A stretch of 25,608 bases of DNA from a virus (lineage: Duplodnaviria; Caudoviricetes). A model generated the notes under the pieces. It was not told where the DNA came from, made no database searches, and saw only the letters and a list, made by a program, of their open reading frames with translations. The position numbers and the translations under genes are program-made. The DNA lies in the IMG/VR virus record IMGVR_UViG_3300032225_001959, positions 1 through 25,608 of that record, one strand, 5' to 3'. Below, piece by piece: positions 1 to 7,819 of the stretch (position 1 is the stretch's first letter; each line of letters begins with the position of its first letter).

Positions 1-457
1 CTCCTACCAAGGCACAGCCATCATAGAAAAACATGTTCCAAGGTTCGATGTTCCCCCAACGATCTCGCCATAGTATGGGCAAGTTCTTGGCATGTGGTCT
101 GTGAGTGTCTGTACCCGGACGTCGGATATACTGTACTACATCTACCCCATCCAAGATGTCAAGATATTCACTTCCAGCCCAGTAGGCACCCATGCAGATA
201 CCAAGATACCTTCCGCCACGATTGACAAATTCACGCACAGGTTCAGCACTGTGTCTAAACAATGAATCAAATGTGTCTGCATCGCCAATGCCACCAGGCA
301 CAGCAATCATGTCTACATCGTCAAAGAACACATCTTCCAATCGATTACGACCAAATATTTTGAATTTATAATGATCGCCTAAGGCTCGCATGAGCCCATT
401 ACCGCTTTGTACACTACATTTGGGATCGTGCAAGAACAGGGCTATGGTGGGTTTCAT
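1..457 (-). CDS. BPL_N / class I glutamine amidotransferase-like domain protein (3' end runs off the window)
   Basis: Not in the ORF track. Translated by hand from ATG at 457: MKPTIALFLHDPKCSVQSGNGLMRALGD...DMIAVPGGIGDAD...REFVNRGGRYLGICMGAYWAG. The PGG motif and the G-x-C-x-G nucleophile elbow are typical of this fold. ATGA overlap with the upstream stop. Confidence 0.8.
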   Translation of the reverse strand, partial: MKPTIALFLHDPKCSVQSGNGLMRALGDHYKFKIFGRNRLEDVFFDDVDMIAVPGGIGDADTFDSLFRHSAEPVREFVNRGGRYLGICMGAYWAGSEYLDILDGVDVVQYIRRPGTDTHRPHAKNLPILWRDRWGNIEPWNMFFYDGCALVG

Positions 458-612
458 TCAGTATTTAGTGGGGGTTTTTTGACAGTTTTCTTACGGACTT
501 TTGGGCTGAGCAATTTGGCTTCTTCGAGTGCTCGATCAGTAGCAGGACTGGTTCTATGTGGTGCAGGAGAAGCAGGGGGATAACGGTGTGGAATTCGTTT
601 AAACCAACTCAT
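454..612 (-). CDS. Small basic, Pro-rich hypothetical protein (52 aa, MSWFKRIPHRYPPASPAPH...)
   Basis: 3' part of track ORF 454..705. Start moved to ATG 612 because the longer version runs through a terminator and a TAAATA motif lies 5 nt upstream of this ATG. The stop overlaps the next start (ATGA). Confidence 0.55.
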   Translation of the reverse strand: MSWFKRIPHRYPPASPAPHRTSPATDRALEEAKLLSPKVRKKTVKKPPLNTE

Positions 613-652
613 ACAGATATTTACATCTGTGCTCAAATCATTAAACACGGAC

Positions 653-679
653 AAAAAAATACCCCAAAATTTGGGGTAT
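653..679 (-). terminator. Rho-independent terminator
   Basis: Minus strand reads ATACCCCA-AATTT-TGGGGTAT, followed by a T run. Confidence 0.8.
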
Positions 680-726
680 CTGCTGGTTACGAGTTCCAGC
701 GCCACTCTATCGTTGTGGTCGATTGC
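653..726 (-). ncRNA. Candidate small structured RNA of about 70 nt (two hairpins plus terminator)
   Basis: TAAATA at 730-735, then CCAC-AACGATAGA-GTGG, GCTGG-AACTCGTAA-CCAGC and the terminator. No credible ORF. Confidence 0.45.
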
Positions 727-758
727 TTTTATTTATGTACGTATATATTACAATGATA

Positions 759-1049
759 TTACACAGTTAACATTCTAATCAAACCCACAGTGTCTATGCT
801 GACCAGTAGGCAGTAGTTAGCCAGCATTCCAAACGATTGGCGAGTCCAACTAGCCCAAGCATACATAGCACAACCACTGATCCATATAGGGTAAAGTACC
901 AGGAGAGGGGGATTAGGTACAGTGGTAGCCATCGTAATACTGCACCCAATGCTAATAGCCCAAGCCAGTACTTCCACGACAAACCTAAATGGGTTAGTTT
1001 TGTAATCACTTTTGATCCAATCAAAGATGTTGAGAAATATATTGTTCAT
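759..1049 (-). CDS. Small multi-pass membrane hypothetical protein
   Basis: About three hydrophobic segments (FVVEVLAWAISIGCSITMA, LLVLYPIWISGCAMYAWASW, FGMLANYCLLVSI). The start could be 1049 or 1061. Confidence 0.7.
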   Translation of the reverse strand: MNNIFLNIFDWIKSDYKTNPFRFVVEVLAWAISIGCSITMATTVPNPPLLVLYPIWISGCAMYAWASWTRQSFGMLANYCLLVSIDTVGLIRMLTV

Positions 1050-2052
1050 AAAGTTGTTCACTTGCTAAGTTTTTGCCCTTGGCTTCGACCTGTATATCAA
1101 ACTGGTCACTAAAGCCCAGTACCCAGTCGTTCACAGCACTATTCCAACAGAAGTCGCTGTGTGCTCGGAGTTTCTGCTTTTTATAACCTCTAGCAAGAAG
1201 TTCAGCAAGGTCTGGTCGAACTGTTCGATCATGGTCAACCAAAACGTCCTCGCGACTAGTACTAAAGTGCATTGCAGGACGAACACCGCGCCAAGAGTCA
1301 ACAACCCGACTTGTACGAACGTCCTGCGGTTCGATGTATTCGCCGGTGTTGATCCAGTGGTGGTGTACATCCAACACAAGAGCCACGTGCTGAGCCACAG
1401 CCAAAGTAGTGTCCAATCCATTTGTCATCTCGTCATTTTCGATGGTAATCAAGTTCCTGGCCTCGGGAGTGAGGCGGCCCAGGGTCTTTAGGAATTTAGC
1501 GGGACCACCTTTGCCCGATAAATGCACGTTGATCTTGAATCCGTGATCATGCCATTCACTGCCATAGCCCATCCATCGGGCCATATCAGCGTGATACTCG
1601 AATTCTAGGATACTGCGCTCTACGATTTCGTCTGACTCACTGGCCAACACACAAAACTGTCCAGGATGGAAACTGAGACGTACGCCAAGGCGTCTTGCGG
1701 TTTCGCCAATGGGTGCAAATATCCGGGCGCAGTGATCTTGTATCTCTTGTCGTTGCCACCAGTCAATCCAATCTTTCTCAGTGTAGCCCTGTAGCATTTC
1801 ACTGCCCAATCGAACCATTCTGCGACCTTTGGGCAAGGTGGCCACACGTTCGATCAGTTTCACAGCGGCAGCGGCATTGTGGTTCATAATATCCCACTGT
1901 CGCTGTTCTGCCTCACTCTTGTGCTCACGAAGCCAGCGCATGGTAGTTGATCTGCCGTTTAGGTCACGGTCCCGTGCGTTGACTTTCATGCCCCCACATT
2001 CTGAGGGATCATTGAGCCATTTGCAACAAAAGCCAATTTGTGGTATAGTCAT
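1021..2052 (-). CDS. uvsE: UV damage endonuclease (UVDE/UvsE)
   Basis: Motifs IGFCC, RLGS, RLSFHPGQF, NVHLSG, IENDE, LDVHHH, HFS, AHSD and EAKGK match the UvsE TIM-barrel family. Confidence 0.93.
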   Translation of the reverse strand: MTIPQIGFCCKWLNDPSECGGMKVNARDRDLNGRSTTMRWLREHKSEAEQRQWDIMNHNAAAAVKLIERVATLPKGRRMVRLGSEMLQGYTEKDWIDWWQRQEIQDHCARIFAPIGETARRLGVRLSFHPGQFCVLASESDEIVERSILEFEYHADMARWMGYGSEWHDHGFKINVHLSGKGGPAKFLKTLGRLTPEARNLITIENDEMTNGLDTTLAVAQHVALVLDVHHHWINTGEYIEPQDVRTSRVVDSWRGVRPAMHFSTSREDVLVDHDRTVRPDLAELLARGYKKQKLRAHSDFCWNSAVNDWVLGFSDQFDIQVEAKGKNLASEQLYEQYISQHL

Positions 2053-2058
2053 GCTGTA

Positions 2059-2087
2059 ATTATACTGTTATTTGAATAATTTGTCAA
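2059..2087 (-). promoter_or_regulatory. Consensus sigma70-type promoter of uvsE (probably leaderless transcript)
   Basis: TTGACA-17 nt-TATAAT, then 6 nt, then ATG. Confidence 0.85.
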
Positions 2088-2160
2088 TGAAATAACCATT
2101 ACAATTAGAGATTAAAATAATTGTATCGGTAAATACAGATACATTAATTTGGAGACAACA

Positions 2161-2424
2161 ATGTTTAAAACTACTATTACTTTTCCAGACGTCATTCTAC
2201 CGAAAAGTTTTATGACTTCTTTAGATAACTACCTGATTCCTTTGGTCGATTCAGGAAAAACAGATGGTTTAGTTTATACATATTTCAGTGACGAGCACTA
2301 TGTCGCTTCGCGGAGATGGCGTGATTTGGAAACGGCTCAACAGTATGTAGATTATACATTATCCCTTTTTGAAATAGATATAAGACCTTCAGTGACATCT
2401 TCAATTGAAGAAATCATTCTCTAA
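2161..2424 (+). CDS. Hypothetical protein (87 aa)
   Basis: GGAGA Shine-Dalgarno before ATG 2161 and TAAATA at 2130-2135. It fills the gap between uvsE and the amidinotransferase and overlaps the latter's 3' end convergently. Confidence 0.65.
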   Translation: MFKTTITFPDVILPKSFMTSLDNYLIPLVDSGKTDGLVYTYFSDEHYVASRRWRDLETAQQYVDYTLSLFEIDIRPSVTSSIEEIIL

Positions 2425-3325
2425 TCAGATCCAAAGTTACACAATGGAAGCCGCCTCCCAATGTGCGGCTATGACGTAATTCCATGGGTATTACCGTGAA
2501 TTTATAGGATTCGAGTGTTCGAATCAGTTCAATTTGGTTCCGGTCACATATGACTGTGTGTGGATCCACTACCAACATATTCATTGCTATCCATTTTGAT
2601 GCATACGGATACTCATGAAATCCCTGTGCTACCACATCATTCACCCAAATTTTGTGCCATCCATCGAATACTTGTGGCACGTTATCAAACGTCACACGGC
2701 TGGCATTGAGCATGACCAGGCCTTCACGTAAGGGCACAATAGTCGAATCAATATGCACCCCTGCGTAGAAGTTGCACAGTTCAATTGTCACACCCGGAAA
2801 TTGTTCACACAACCAATCATATGCTTTGCGATTACCACTTGCAGATTCTAGGAACAACATCTTATCTCCCAGTCTACATACATTGGCCGCATCTAGCACA
2901 AATCCTTCGTTCCTGGGCATGAACAAATAACGGTCGGCACTATCCACTATGTTGTGGTAGCATTGTAATTCCATGTCTCTACATGGATACATCATGGCAG
3001 TGTCAACTATGGTTGATCCGTACACAAGAAGCCGATCACGTGGGCAATAATTGTACATGCCATCGTGAATTTGGAAATTGAGCAGATCCGGACGAACTAC
3101 TTCTACGCCCAGGCTCATCAGTGTTGTTACAAGACTATCCAAGTCTTCGTTGGTTTCTTCAATTATGCGTTGTGAAACAGGACCACGTGGAACAGGTGTT
3201 TCTTTCCAGGTTGTTTTTTCGCCTTCCAGAGCAAACACAGGATCGTTCACAGGCCAATTGGCATCAGTTGCTGATCCTACTACTATGCGTTTGAGTGTAC
3301 TCCACTCGTTGAAACTGCTGATCAT
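2414..3325 (-). CDS. Amidinotransferase (glycine / inosamine-phosphate StrB1-like)
   Basis: Motifs NEWSTLKRIVVG, YNYCPRD, DAANV, HIDSTIVPLREG, WIAMNMLV and HSRTLGGGFHCVTLD. The Asp/His/Cys catalytic residues are intact. A start at 3325 gives an ATGA overlap with the upstream stop. Confidence 0.9.
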   Translation of the reverse strand: MISSFNEWSTLKRIVVGSATDANWPVNDPVFALEGEKTTWKETPVPRGPVSQRIIEETNEDLDSLVTTLMSLGVEVVRPDLLNFQIHDGMYNYCPRDRLLVYGSTIVDTAMMYPCRDMELQCYHNIVDSADRYLFMPRNEGFVLDAANVCRLGDKMLFLESASGNRKAYDWLCEQFPGVTIELCNFYAGVHIDSTIVPLREGLVMLNASRVTFDNVPQVFDGWHKIWVNDVVAQGFHEYPYASKWIAMNMLVVDPHTVICDRNQIELIRTLESYKFTVIPMELRHSRTLGGGFHCVTLDLIRE

Positions 3326-3840
3326 AGCCATCCTGTAAGTTGTAGAGTATATCTTGGATCTAGGCCAAGGTTGGCTGCCATGTGAGGTGCATCATATGCC
3401 CATTCAATCACATCACCTGCTCGCCAATTGATTTTAGCAACACCATCATATTCTGCGTAATGCCCTGATTTCCAATCTTCCAAAAACACAACTGCTCTGC
3501 GTATGCGATGCTCCTGTCCTTGTAGTTTGAACAATTCAATATAGCGTAGGTATAGGTCGCTGTGTGTGGGAAGAACTGTGCCGGTTGTCATTCTATAGTA
3601 ACTGGTACCAATGTTTTTCCACCCTAGATTGCTATAGATATTGACAAATTGATTATTCCATGCAGGTTGTGTACTGCGCATGTCGCACATGTCTCCAGTG
3701 AATTTAGGGTAGTAGCCTTGGTTTGTCCATTTAACAATACTGTCTGCATCATTGAACTGTTCGTTGATGTACAAAAGTTTTTTAAACTCGTTATCCCAAA
3801 ATTTTGGAATATGATATTTAATTATTTCGTGTGTTGCCAT
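3322..3840 (-). CDS. Putative 2OG-Fe(II) oxygenase / cupin-fold protein
   Basis: H-x-D (PTHSD), distal His (APHMAAN) and Arg (PRYTLQ) with double-stranded beta-helix spacing. Confidence 0.65.
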   Translation of the reverse strand: MATHEIIKYHIPKFWDNEFKKLLYINEQFNDADSIVKWTNQGYYPKFTGDMCDMRSTQPAWNNQFVNIYSNLGWKNIGTSYYRMTTGTVLPTHSDLYLRYIELFKLQGQEHRIRRAVVFLEDWKSGHYAEYDGVAKINWRAGDVIEWAYDAPHMAANLGLDPRYTLQLTGWL

Positions 3841-5056
3841 AAGGTATTACAGTTAAGCCTTGTATTGCAGTAAGTTTACGCCAGGGGTCAACAATGATAC
3901 TGCCGCTTGGGATTGTACAGTACGGCAATGTATCTGTTTGGCCATCGATATAATTGTAGGTAATTTTGCGATTGTGTGCCCATAATATCACTGCGGGTCC
4001 TACCAATTCAGAGACCACTTCTGCAGGATCATCTGCCAAGGGGTCAAGATATCGCACCCCAAATCCGGCTTGTTTCACATAGTGTCCTACCAAGGTACTA
4101 TATGATCCAATGCAGTAAGCCACATCAGGTTTGTAGGCCTTGCCATGAATCACAACGCTCATACCGTGTTGTTTGGCTTGATCAACCAAGAACATGGCAA
4201 GGTTCCGTGCTTGTATTTCTCTGGCATGCATTACAGTATCAAACAAGTCGTAGCCGATATCATACTCTTGGGCCAACCAACGCAAGGCAATGTTGTCACG
4301 TGGGTGGCAAGCACCTGCATCGCCCATGCCTGCTGTCATGTACTTGGGGCCCATGATACGCATGGTACTGCGTGACAATGCATTAGTCACAACATCAACA
4401 TTGATGTGTCCTATGCGCATGGCAAAGTCTTGAATCATGTTGACCAAGCCCACTTTGGCCGAAATAAATGTGTTGTAGAATATTTTGATTGCTTCGCACT
4501 CGTCCCAGGTACCAATTTCGTACCGTGGATCGTTTTGCATCACAGTATCATACAACTCACGAAGTTCGCCAGCCAGTGCATTGGGATTGCCATCTTCTGT
4601 ACCGATCATGATCATTTCAGGATTTACCATGTCCCACTTTACACTACCCATGGCAATCAGGTATGGGTTGTACAAGAATTGGTGCCTGCTGTCCAATCTA
4701 GGAACAAATTCCCTGCGTGTGGTTCCCGGCAATACTGTAGAAATCAACACAACCTTTTTGGATTCCAATGCATGGATATTAATTTTGTTTATTGCATCAA
4801 TCACAGCATCATAACCAAAGTCTCGAGGTTCCAGGTGTGAACTAGGAACTGCACCATCATAACCTTCTGCATGTGGAGTAGGAACAGCAATAAAGATCCA
4901 TTCACTTTGGTTCACAAGTTCATTGATGTCACAGACTTTTACTGAGTTGCTTGAGCGTGGGTAAATATCATAGCCTCTGACTTCATGCCGCTCTGCTAGG
5001 ACTTCAGCACAATCAAGACCCAGTTTCCCGATCCCAATAAATCCAATTTTTTTCAT
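3818..5056 (-). CDS. UDP-glucose/GDP-mannose 6-dehydrogenase family protein
   Basis: GIGKLG Rossmann motif, IAVPTP, STVLPGTT, EAIKIFYNTF, GACHPRD (catalytic Cys) and GKAYKPD. Confidence 0.9.
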   Translation of the reverse strand: MKKIGFIGIGKLGLDCAEVLAERHEVRGYDIYPRSSNSVKVCDINELVNQSEWIFIAVPTPHAEGYDGAVPSSHLEPRDFGYDAVIDAINKINIHALESKKVVLISTVLPGTTRREFVPRLDSRHQFLYNPYLIAMGSVKWDMVNPEMIMIGTEDGNPNALAGELRELYDTVMQNDPRYEIGTWDECEAIKIFYNTFISAKVGLVNMIQDFAMRIGHINVDVVTNALSRSTMRIMGPKYMTAGMGDAGACHPRDNIALRWLAQEYDIGYDLFDTVMHAREIQARNLAMFLVDQAKQHGMSVVIHGKAYKPDVAYCIGSYSTLVGHYVKQAGFGVRYLDPLADDPAEVVSELVGPAVILWAHNRKITYNYIDGQTDTLPYCTIPSGSIIVDPWRKLTAIQGLTVIPYGNTRNN

Positions 5057-5059
5057 ATT

Positions 5060-6352
5060 ATGAGTGTACCTTTAGACAGATTATACAATTTTTTAGGCGA
5101 CGTTTGCAACCATGACGATCTAATAATTTATCGGTTTATGCCACACGGCTCAAGAAATTTGCACGATCTTGTTTCATTCTCGGCCAATCAGAATTCAATC
5201 ACTGGAAAAGCATTGATGTTTCATGATCAGGAGTGTTTGAATTATGATTTTTATAACCTGCAGGATTTCGAAGATATATCAAAAAAAATCAAGCGATATT
5301 GGCTGCCAGAATATAATTCCATGTTTCAACCCCACGCTGATAAATTTCACCACATGTTAAAAAACATGCATCTTCGTGCAAAACTCATTTACCCAATTTT
5401 AAATAAAAATGATCAAGTTTTATTGTGTCATTCTGAAAAAAATAGTCGTGAATTAGAACGTTATGAACAGAATAATTTCATTGGTGTGTATTATTGGAGC
5501 CACGCACTTATCGCACGAGATTGGTTCAGATACGCCGAATTAGACCCAGCATTGACTGTTGATTTTGATCAAATTACCAAAGATTTTTTGATATACAATC
5601 GTGCATGGAGTGGCACAAGAGAATACAGATTGACATTTGCAGAAATGCTTTTGAATCAAAATTTACATAGAGTTTGTCATATAAACTTCAACAAAATTGA
5701 TTCAGGAAATTGTTATGTAGATCATAAATTTGCAAACACAGAATTATCAATTGATCGCAAAGATATTGAAAACTATCTAGATTCAAATGATGTTGACGCT
5801 AGTGCCAGTGCTGATTATAACAATAAAGATTATGTTCAATGTGCTATAGAGGTAGTGTTGGAAACACTATTTGACGATCAACGGCAGCATCTTACTGAAA
5901 AAGCATTACGTCCTATTGCTTGCGGACGACCATTTATATTGGCTGCTACACCTAATAGTTTGCAATATCTACGAGACTATGGATTTGAAACTTTTGACGG
6001 ATTAATCAATGAATCATATGATATGATCAATGACCCGAGAGAACGATTATTTGCTATTGTTGAAGAGATGCAAAGAATTAGTTCTTTAGCACCAGATTTG
6101 AAACAAAAACTGTGGCAGCAATTGTATGAGATTTCTGCAAGAAATAAACAATTATTTTTTTCAGATCACTGGCACGATTGCATAGTGTCTGAGTTCAAAA
6201 ATAATTTTGAGTCAGCAATTAAACGTGTGACTTCTACTGAAAAATATTGGAACTATCTAAAAAAATCAGTGGCCGAAGATGACCTAAACTATCATGATTA
6301 TCTTATTTTCGATCCAGATAATTTAATTCAATTTAATCCTATGCGTTCTTGA
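5060..6352 (+). CDS. Hypothetical protein with a glycosyltransferase-like (GT10-like) C-terminal motif
   Basis: 430-aa ORF. The segment EVVLET...LTEKALRPIACGRPFI...LRDYGFETF resembles the E-N/T...TEK donor-binding region of GT10-like proteins. Confidence 0.6.
   Translation: MSVPLDRLYNFLGDVCNHDDLIIYRFMPHGSRNLHDLVSFSANQNSITGKALMFHDQECLNYDFYNLQDFEDISKKIKRYWLPEYNSMFQPHADKFHHMLKNMHLRAKLIYPILNKNDQVLLCHSEKNSRELERYEQNNFIGVYYWSHALIARDWFRYAELDPALTVDFDQITKDFLIYNRAWSGTREYRLTFAEMLLNQNLHRVCHINFNKIDSGNCYVDHKFANTELSIDRKDIENYLDSNDVDASASADYNNKDYVQCAIEVVLETLFDDQRQHLTEKALRPIACGRPFILAATPNSLQYLRDYGFETFDGLINESYDMINDPRERLFAIVEEMQRISSLAPDLKQKLWQQLYEISARNKQLFFSDHWHDCIVSEFKNNFESAIKRVTSTEKYWNYLKKSVAEDDLNYHDYLIFDPDNLIQFNPMRS
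5080..5109 (-). promoter_or_regulatory. Putative sigma70 promoter for the sugar-dehydrogenase operon, inside the divergent gene
   Basis: TTGCAA-18 nt-TATAAT on the minus strand; -10 box 23 nt upstream of ATG 5056. Confidence 0.45.
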
Positions 6353-6695
6353 CTAGTATGCCGTCCCAACTTCCCACAGGCGGAGTTTTTTTGTAGTCAA
6401 GCACACGATTCAATAGATCTGTATAGAACGTATCAAGTTCCCCACCCCAACGTCCCATAAGTCCCGCAATTGCTTGCTCACAATAATTCCAATGTTGTTT
6501 ACGGTAAGCATCCATTAGGTCTGCATGAATCTTCTTGTATGATTCCATGGTAATAAATTCATCTGGCGTTAATTTTTCAACCAAACAATATGCTGTGACT
6601 GTGTTGTCGCTATCAGCAGTGCGAAAAGTATCCAGTTCAAGTTTGATATAATGATCTGATAAAGTATCAACCGAGTCGCCAAATATAATGTTCAT
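6339..6695 (-). CDS. Hypothetical protein resembling the C-terminal tail of class III adenylate/guanylate cyclases
   Basis: LELDTFR...AYRKQHW...FYTDLLNRV...PPVGSWDGILVK. AAGGA SD upstream. Confidence 0.65.
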   Translation of the reverse strand: MNIIFGDSVDTLSDHYIKLELDTFRTADSDNTVTAYCLVEKLTPDEFITMESYKKIHADLMDAYRKQHWNYCEQAIAGLMGRWGGELDTFYTDLLNRVLDYKKTPPVGSWDGILVKNA

Positions 6696-6719
6696 TGTGT
6701 TTCCTTTTAAATATGTATC

Positions 6720-7511
6720 ATGAGTTTAGCATTTGATTTAATTTCTGATTTACATATCGAAACTTGGCCCACTGAATTCGATTGGACGTACCAGGCCACT
6801 AGTCCTGTGTGTATTGTTGCAGGCGACATTTCTCGAGATCGCGATATTCTGGTACGCACTCTTAAACACCTGGGCAAGTGTTACCAAGCAGTATTTTATG
6901 TTGACGGCAACGACGAACATTATCATCAATTAGAGGATCTAGGGCACAGTTATAGCGATCTTACAAAACGACTACGTCGTATTCCCAATGTGGTTTACCT
7001 ACAAGACAATGTGGTGATAGTGGATGGTGTTGCTATTTTGGGCACCAATGGGTGGTGGGGGTTTGATTTCGATTTAGGAATTGATCCCGAACAAGCCTCA
7101 CAATGGGCTCAAAATAGATATCTCATAAACGAAACTGGAACCAAAGGTATAGCAAGAATGAGCAATACTGATGCCACATATATGATATCTAGTGTGGCTA
7201 GATTACAAACTCACAAAGAAGTTCGAAAGATTGTGATGGTTACGCATACTGTGCCAGATCCTGCACTAATTGCACACGATATAGATCTAGATGGTACTAT
7301 GAGATTCAACACCATGGGCAATAGGCTCATGATGCAGGCCATGGCGGCCGACACCGAAAACAAACTACATACCTGGTGTTTTGGGCATTATCACGGTAGC
7401 GTAGATCAGGTTAGATCAGGAATACGATTTGTAAATAATTGTCGCGGTAGAGGAGATACACCCTATGCCAAGACGGTGTATTATCCCCAACGAATTGTTA
7501 TAGATTTTTAA
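6720..7511 (+). CDS. Calcineurin-like metallophosphoesterase
   Basis: Motifs SDLH, AGD, GNDE, TH and GHYH. Confidence 0.85.
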   Translation: MSLAFDLISDLHIETWPTEFDWTYQATSPVCIVAGDISRDRDILVRTLKHLGKCYQAVFYVDGNDEHYHQLEDLGHSYSDLTKRLRRIPNVVYLQDNVVIVDGVAILGTNGWWGFDFDLGIDPEQASQWAQNRYLINETGTKGIARMSNTDATYMISSVARLQTHKEVRKIVMVTHTVPDPALIAHDIDLDGTMRFNTMGNRLMMQAMAADTENKLHTWCFGHYHGSVDQVRSGIRFVNNCRGRGDTPYAKTVYYPQRIVIDF

Positions 7512-7819
7512 ACCTGGCCCTCGGGCTCGACTCTGATCTGCAATGGATAGTTTTGGGCTCGGGCCAACATGGTTACTTCAATGCCTTTTTGTTCGGCCAC
7601 TTCATAAGGTAACACTGCCACACAGGCTGATCCAGCATCATGAATATCAGTTGTGATTGTATGAGCAGTATCCGCGGTGTAGTCAAAGTATTCCATCAAT
7701 GTTTCAACCACAAATTCATATGTGGTTTGATTGTCATTGAGGTATACAACACGGTACATGGGTGGTTCTTTTAAATCCTCAGCAGGTTTAATTCGTGTTC
7801 TTGTGTCGCTTTGTGCCAT
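7508..7819 (-). CDS. clpS: ATP-dependent Clp protease adaptor ClpS
   Basis: PPMYRVVYLNDNQTTYEFVV...IHDAGSA...EVAEQK...AR...YPL. AAGGA SD. Confidence 0.92.
   Translation of the reverse strand: MAQSDTRTRIKPAEDLKEPPMYRVVYLNDNQTTYEFVVETLMEYFDYTADTAHTITTDIHDAGSACVAVLPYEVAEQKGIEVTMLARAQNYPLQIRVEPEGQV

Noticed and set aside
686-696. GAACTCGTAAC resembles the 16S rRNA decoding-site sequence GAAGTCGTAAC
   Set aside because: A 10/11 match is expected by chance in a window this size, and there is no further rRNA similarity.
682-718. Guanidine-II (mini-ykkC) riboswitch, tempting given two hairpins, an ACGA loop and a nearby amidinotransferase
   Set aside because: That class needs two ACGR tetraloops. 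Here the loops are 9 nt and the second lacks ACGR.
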